In this document: positions 61,658 through 64,000 of the stretch, piece by piece
Layout of the letters: every line of letters starts with the position of its first letter
How positions within the stretch are numbered: the stretch's first letter is position 1
Origin: Acidobacteriota bacterium
GTDB taxonomy: Bacteria; Acidobacteriota; Vicinamibacteria; Fen-336
Direction: 5' to 3'
NCBI GenBank assembly: GCA_032127875.1
Contig: JAQBHI010000158.1
Coordinates: 4,626-68,625, forward strand
DNA length: 64,000 bases
The notes under the pieces: generated by a model
Seen by the model: only the letters and a program-made list of their open reading frames with translations
The model's database searches: none
What the model was told of the DNA's origin: nothing
Translations under genes and position numbers: made by a program

Positions 61658-62477
61658 ACTTTACGTTCTGGCCAGGAGCGTCCTGCTCGATGCCCTGGAA
61701 GCCTTGGGTCCGCACCGGCAGGCATGCGTGCTTGTCGGAGCCCAGGCTATCTATCTGAGAGTCGGCGAAGCGGACCTCGCCGTAGCGCCATTCACGACGG
61801 ACGGGGATCTCGTCATTGATCCGCGCCGTCTTTCAGACGCGCCGCCCATCGAAAGGGGTCTCCTGGCAGCGGGGTTCGAACTCAGGGGTGGAGACAGCGT
61901 AGGGATTTGGGTGACACGACGGGAGACACACAGCCACGCCGACGTCGAGGTCGCGGTCGACATGCTGGTGCCCGAAGCCGTCAGTCCGGGATCTGGGCGA
62001 AGGGCAGCCAAACTCCAAGGCCATGAGCCACGTGCCGCGAGAATCGCGCGCGGATTGGAGGCGGTCCTTTTCGACGCTGACTTGATGCGGGTAGCTGCCC
62101 TCAGCGATTCGGACGCGCGTGGCTTTGATGTCAGCGTGGCCGGCCCTGCAGCCCTTCTGGTCTCGAAGCTCCACAAGATCGCCGACCGAGCCGGCTCTCC
62201 GCGCGCCAAGGACAAGGACGCCTACGACGTGTTGCGCCTTCTTCGCGGCACGACTGCCGCTGAGATGGCGACCCGAGTTCGCCGGTTTCGCGCTGAGCCG
62301 CTCAGCAAGGCAGTGACAGTCGAAGCGCTGGGTCTTCTGGGCTCTTTCTTCGGACGGGCCGACGGAGTCGGGTCCCAGATGGCCGTCCGAGCCGCGCGCG
62401 GGTTGGCCGACGCGCAGGAAATTGCGGTGTCCTGCGTGGCTCTCGCCGAGGAGATGCTTGACGCGCTTCGTGACTGA
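61650..62477 (+). CDS. AbiEii/DUF1814-family nucleotidyltransferase (putative type IV TA / abortive-infection toxin).
   Basis: The nucleotidyltransferase-fold motif is VGAQAIYLRVGEADLAVAPFTTDGDLVID (G[GS] then DxD). The C-terminal block ...LLVSKLHKIADRAGSPRAKDKDAYDVLRLL matches the family. Confidence 0.65.
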   Translation: MDELYVLARSVLLDALEALGPHRQACVLVGAQAIYLRVGEADLAVAPFTTDGDLVIDPRRLSDAPPIERGLLAAGFELRGGDSVGIWVTRRETHSHADVEVAVDMLVPEAVSPGSGRRAAKLQGHEPRAARIARGLEAVLFDADLMRVAALSDSDARGFDVSVAGPAALLVSKLHKIADRAGSPRAKDKDAYDVLRLLRGTTAAEMATRVRRFRAEPLSKAVTVEALGLLGSFFGRADGVGSQMAVRAARGLADAQEIAVSCVALAEEMLDALRD

Positions 62478-62754
62478 TCTTCCTACCACGCTATGCCTGT
62501 CGCGGCGCCCGACAGCCTTAGCCGGCGCTTCACCGAGGCCGTCTTGGGGACGGGCTCAAGGGCGTCCGCGTCCCGAATGAATCCTCCGGAAGCGGCAGCG
62601 TGACGGACCAGGCCTTGCGCGTCTCCCGGCGCGCCCGGCCCTTCTGGAGGTGTTTACCGCCGTTCGTCAGCCATGCAAGAGCCTGCTCCGGCTTGGCGGC
62701 CGATCGGCTGCTGCTGAAGATGGTCCGTTGGCCACGGCACAGCCCGGGGCCCAA

Positions 62755-62810
62755 GAGAATGGCATTCACGGGATCACGGGTTCATCCCGTCAGCCCTCGG
62801 TGGCTCCAGC
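62755..62810 (+). repeat. Degenerate direct repeat of the tRNA-Ala 3' half (putative decayed att site).
   Basis: GAATGGCATTCACG is identical to tRNA positions about 58914-58927. It is followed by GGATCACGGGTTCATCCCGTCAGC, compared with the tRNA's AGGTCAGGGGTTCGATCCCCCTCAGC. Confidence 0.6.
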
Positions 62811-62851
62811 GGGCCCGCCCGAACGGTGCGGTCGTGGTGGGGCCACGCCAC

Positions 62852-62883
62852 TTGACCCCGGTGGTATGTCGGGGTCATACTAT
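62852..62883 (+). promoter_or_regulatory. Promoter with an overlapping inverted-repeat operator upstream of mazE.
   Basis: TTGACC (62852-62857), a spacer, then CATACT/TACTAT as the -10. A perfect 7-bp inverted repeat GACCCCG…CGGGGTC spans the spacer. The ATG follows about 6 nt after the -10 region. Confidence 0.35.
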
Positions 62884-62887
62884 TTTC

Positions 62888-63124
62888 ATGAAGGTGGCAG
62901 TTTCCATACCCGATCCGATCTTTCGTGAAGCGGAGCGGATCTCCCGCCGCATCCGGGTGCCTCGCAGCCAGTTCTACGCCCATGCCCTCGAGGCCTACGT
63001 GCGCGAGCGATCTGGCGAAGACGTCACGGAGCAGCTCAACGAGGTCTACGCAAGGAGCTCGGCGAAACTCGATCCCGCCACTGAAGCGCTCTCACTCGAG
63101 ATCCTGAGGCGGGAGAAGTGGTAG
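62888..63124 (+). CDS. mazE: MazE/PemI-like antitoxin.
   Basis: 78 aa. MKVAVSIPDPIFREAERISRRIRVPRSQFYAHALEAYV has the SpoVT/AbrB-like antitoxin pattern. It overlaps the mazF start by 7 nt. The track ORF is trimmed. Confidence 0.65.
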   Translation: MKVAVSIPDPIFREAERISRRIRVPRSQFYAHALEAYVRERSGEDVTEQLNEVYARSSAKLDPATEALSLEILRREKW

Positions 63125-63462
63125 CCCGGCGCGGCGAGATCTGGTGGACGGATTTCGGGCAGCCATTTGGATCGGAGCCGGCCTACCGCCGGCCGGCGCT
63201 GCTTATTCAGGCGGACGCGTTCAATCGGAGCTCGATTGCGACGGTTCTCCTGATCCCGCTCACGAGAACCGTCGCCCTGGCCTCAGCGCCGGGCAACGTC
63301 TTGTGCCGTCCCCGCGATACCGGGCTGCCGAAGCCGTCCGTGGTGAACGTCTCACAACTCACCGTCGCGGACCGGCGGAGGCTCATCGAGAAGGCGGGAG
63401 CTTTGCCGGGACGACTCCTGAAACAAGTGGAAGACGGCCTGCGACTCGTGCTCGAGCTCTGA
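63118..63462 (+). CDS. mazF: MazF/PemK-family endoribonuclease toxin.
   Basis: GEIWWTDFGQPFGSEPAYRRPALLIQ...IATVLLIPLT...APGNV...VNVSQLTVADRRRL is the canonical PemK/MazF sequence. 114 aa. Confidence 0.85.
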   Translation: MVARRGEIWWTDFGQPFGSEPAYRRPALLIQADAFNRSSIATVLLIPLTRTVALASAPGNVLCRPRDTGLPKPSVVNVSQLTVADRRRLIEKAGALPGRLLKQVEDGLRLVLEL

Positions 63463-63529
63463 TTCTCCCGCCCGGCGTGGCGAGGCCCACGAAAGCCTCG
63501 TCCACGCCCGCTGGATCCAGGCCCGCGGC

Positions 63530-64000
63530 CGACGCTGTGACCGCCTACGCGGGCTTGATGTTCTGGTTGACCAGCGCGTGTTGCAGCGCGATCCGGCCGG
63601 GGCGTACGCGAGCATGGATTTCCTGAGTCGCGACCGCTACCGCCAGGCCGTGGAGAGCGGACACTCGGCGGATCGCGCCGCCCACGTCGGCCACCACCCT
63701 CATCGGCAAGGGCCGCCCCGACCTCGAGACGGACGTCGCCTATCGTCCTCGCCTGGACCGGCGGGCGCGACGGTTCCTCTTCGCCCATGTGACCGCTGTC
63801 TACCTCGGGTTGATCGGGCTCGTGACGGCCCTCATCCTGAGCCTCGGGGTCAGCTACCTCAACGGGCAGGGCGCATCAGCCTGGGTCTTCGGCCGGCGCC
63901 GCGCTCCTGTTGTTGCTGCCGGCCAGCGAGGTGGCAATCGGCCTCGTCCAGCGCCTGGTTGTCCGTTGGGCACCACCGCGACGCCTCCCCCGCCTCGAGT
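63530..64000 (+). pseudogene. 5'-truncated, frameshifted fragment of a large membrane glycosyltransferase-like gene (possibly cyclic-glucan-synthase/NdvB-like). It runs off the right edge.
   Basis: Protein-like sequence continues across three different frames: …VLVDQRVLQRDPAGAYASMDFLSRDRYRQAVE…, then …RRFLFAHVTAVYLGLIGLVTALILSLGVSYLNGQ…, then …ALLLLLPASEVAIGLVQRLV…. No start codon or N-terminal region is present. Confidence 0.4.

Noticed and set aside
1-64000. CRISPR arrays, rRNA, IS elements and transposases.
   Set aside because: No regularly spaced repeats, rRNA-like conserved stretches or transposase ORFs were seen anywhere in the window.

Overview
This window is a high-GC (about 68-70% by eye) bacterial chromosomal segment. 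Its gene content has an Acidobacteria- or Gemmatimonadota-like flavour: Cna/carboxypeptidase-regulatory-like TonB-type outer-membrane proteins and many lipoproteins. Most ORFs on the six-frame track that overlap the genes below are high-GC, Arg-rich antisense artefacts and were ignored.

Core content, in order:
- A complete type IV pilus pilMNOPQ operon on the minus strand, with two downstream lipoproteins.
- glpX.
- A beta-oxidation trio: acyl-CoA dehydrogenase, enoyl-CoA hydratase, thiolase.
- A SAM hydroxide adenosyltransferase (DUF62) and a NifS-type cysteine desulfurase.
- lipA, preceded by a hyper-acidic poly-Asp ORF.
- An FHA/zinc-ribbon gene, a group II PLP decarboxylase and xthA, which look translationally coupled.
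- mnmA and rnc.
- A signalling cluster: an amidohydrolase, a HAMP-PP2C phosphatase, a PDZ protein, a phospholipase-C/S1-P1-like plus NPP (AlkP-family) fusion, and a PAS-GGDEF-EAL protein.
- A reverse trans-sulfuration remnant: a cystathionine gamma-lyase family gene next to an internally deleted cysteine-synthase ghost.
- DinB, CutA, an EVE-domain protein, FtsB and HU.
- A tri-domain ACP / fatty-acyl-AMP ligase / lysophospholipid acyltransferase protein.
- A threonine dehydratase, an MtfA-like peptidase, an RluA-family pseudouridine synthase, a PilZ protein and an SGNH lipoprotein.
- Two class III aminotransferases with a P5C dehydrogenase, a YihY-family protein, an APC permease and a GNAT acetyltransferase.
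- A TonB-type outer-membrane protein, a sulfatase-TPR lipoprotein, a rhodanese, a 2Fe-2S ferredoxin, and an ECF sigma / anti-sigma pair.

Accessory content:
- A tRNA-Ala(GGC) gene at 58883-58959 is followed by an island. The island carries an uncharacterised 480-aa protein, an AbiEi/AbiEii-like nucleotidyltransferase module and a MazEF module.
- A degenerate copy of the tRNA 3' half sits at about 62755-62810, consistent with a decayed att site. The island abuts a frameshifted, 5'-truncated fragment of a large membrane glycosyltransferase-like gene.
- A roughly 2-kb patch between nifS and lipA carries a second internally deleted gene ghost (an APC permease), a lower-GC orphan secreted Cys-rich protein, and about 740 bp with no convincing ORF.

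No rRNA, CRISPR array or transposase was seen.
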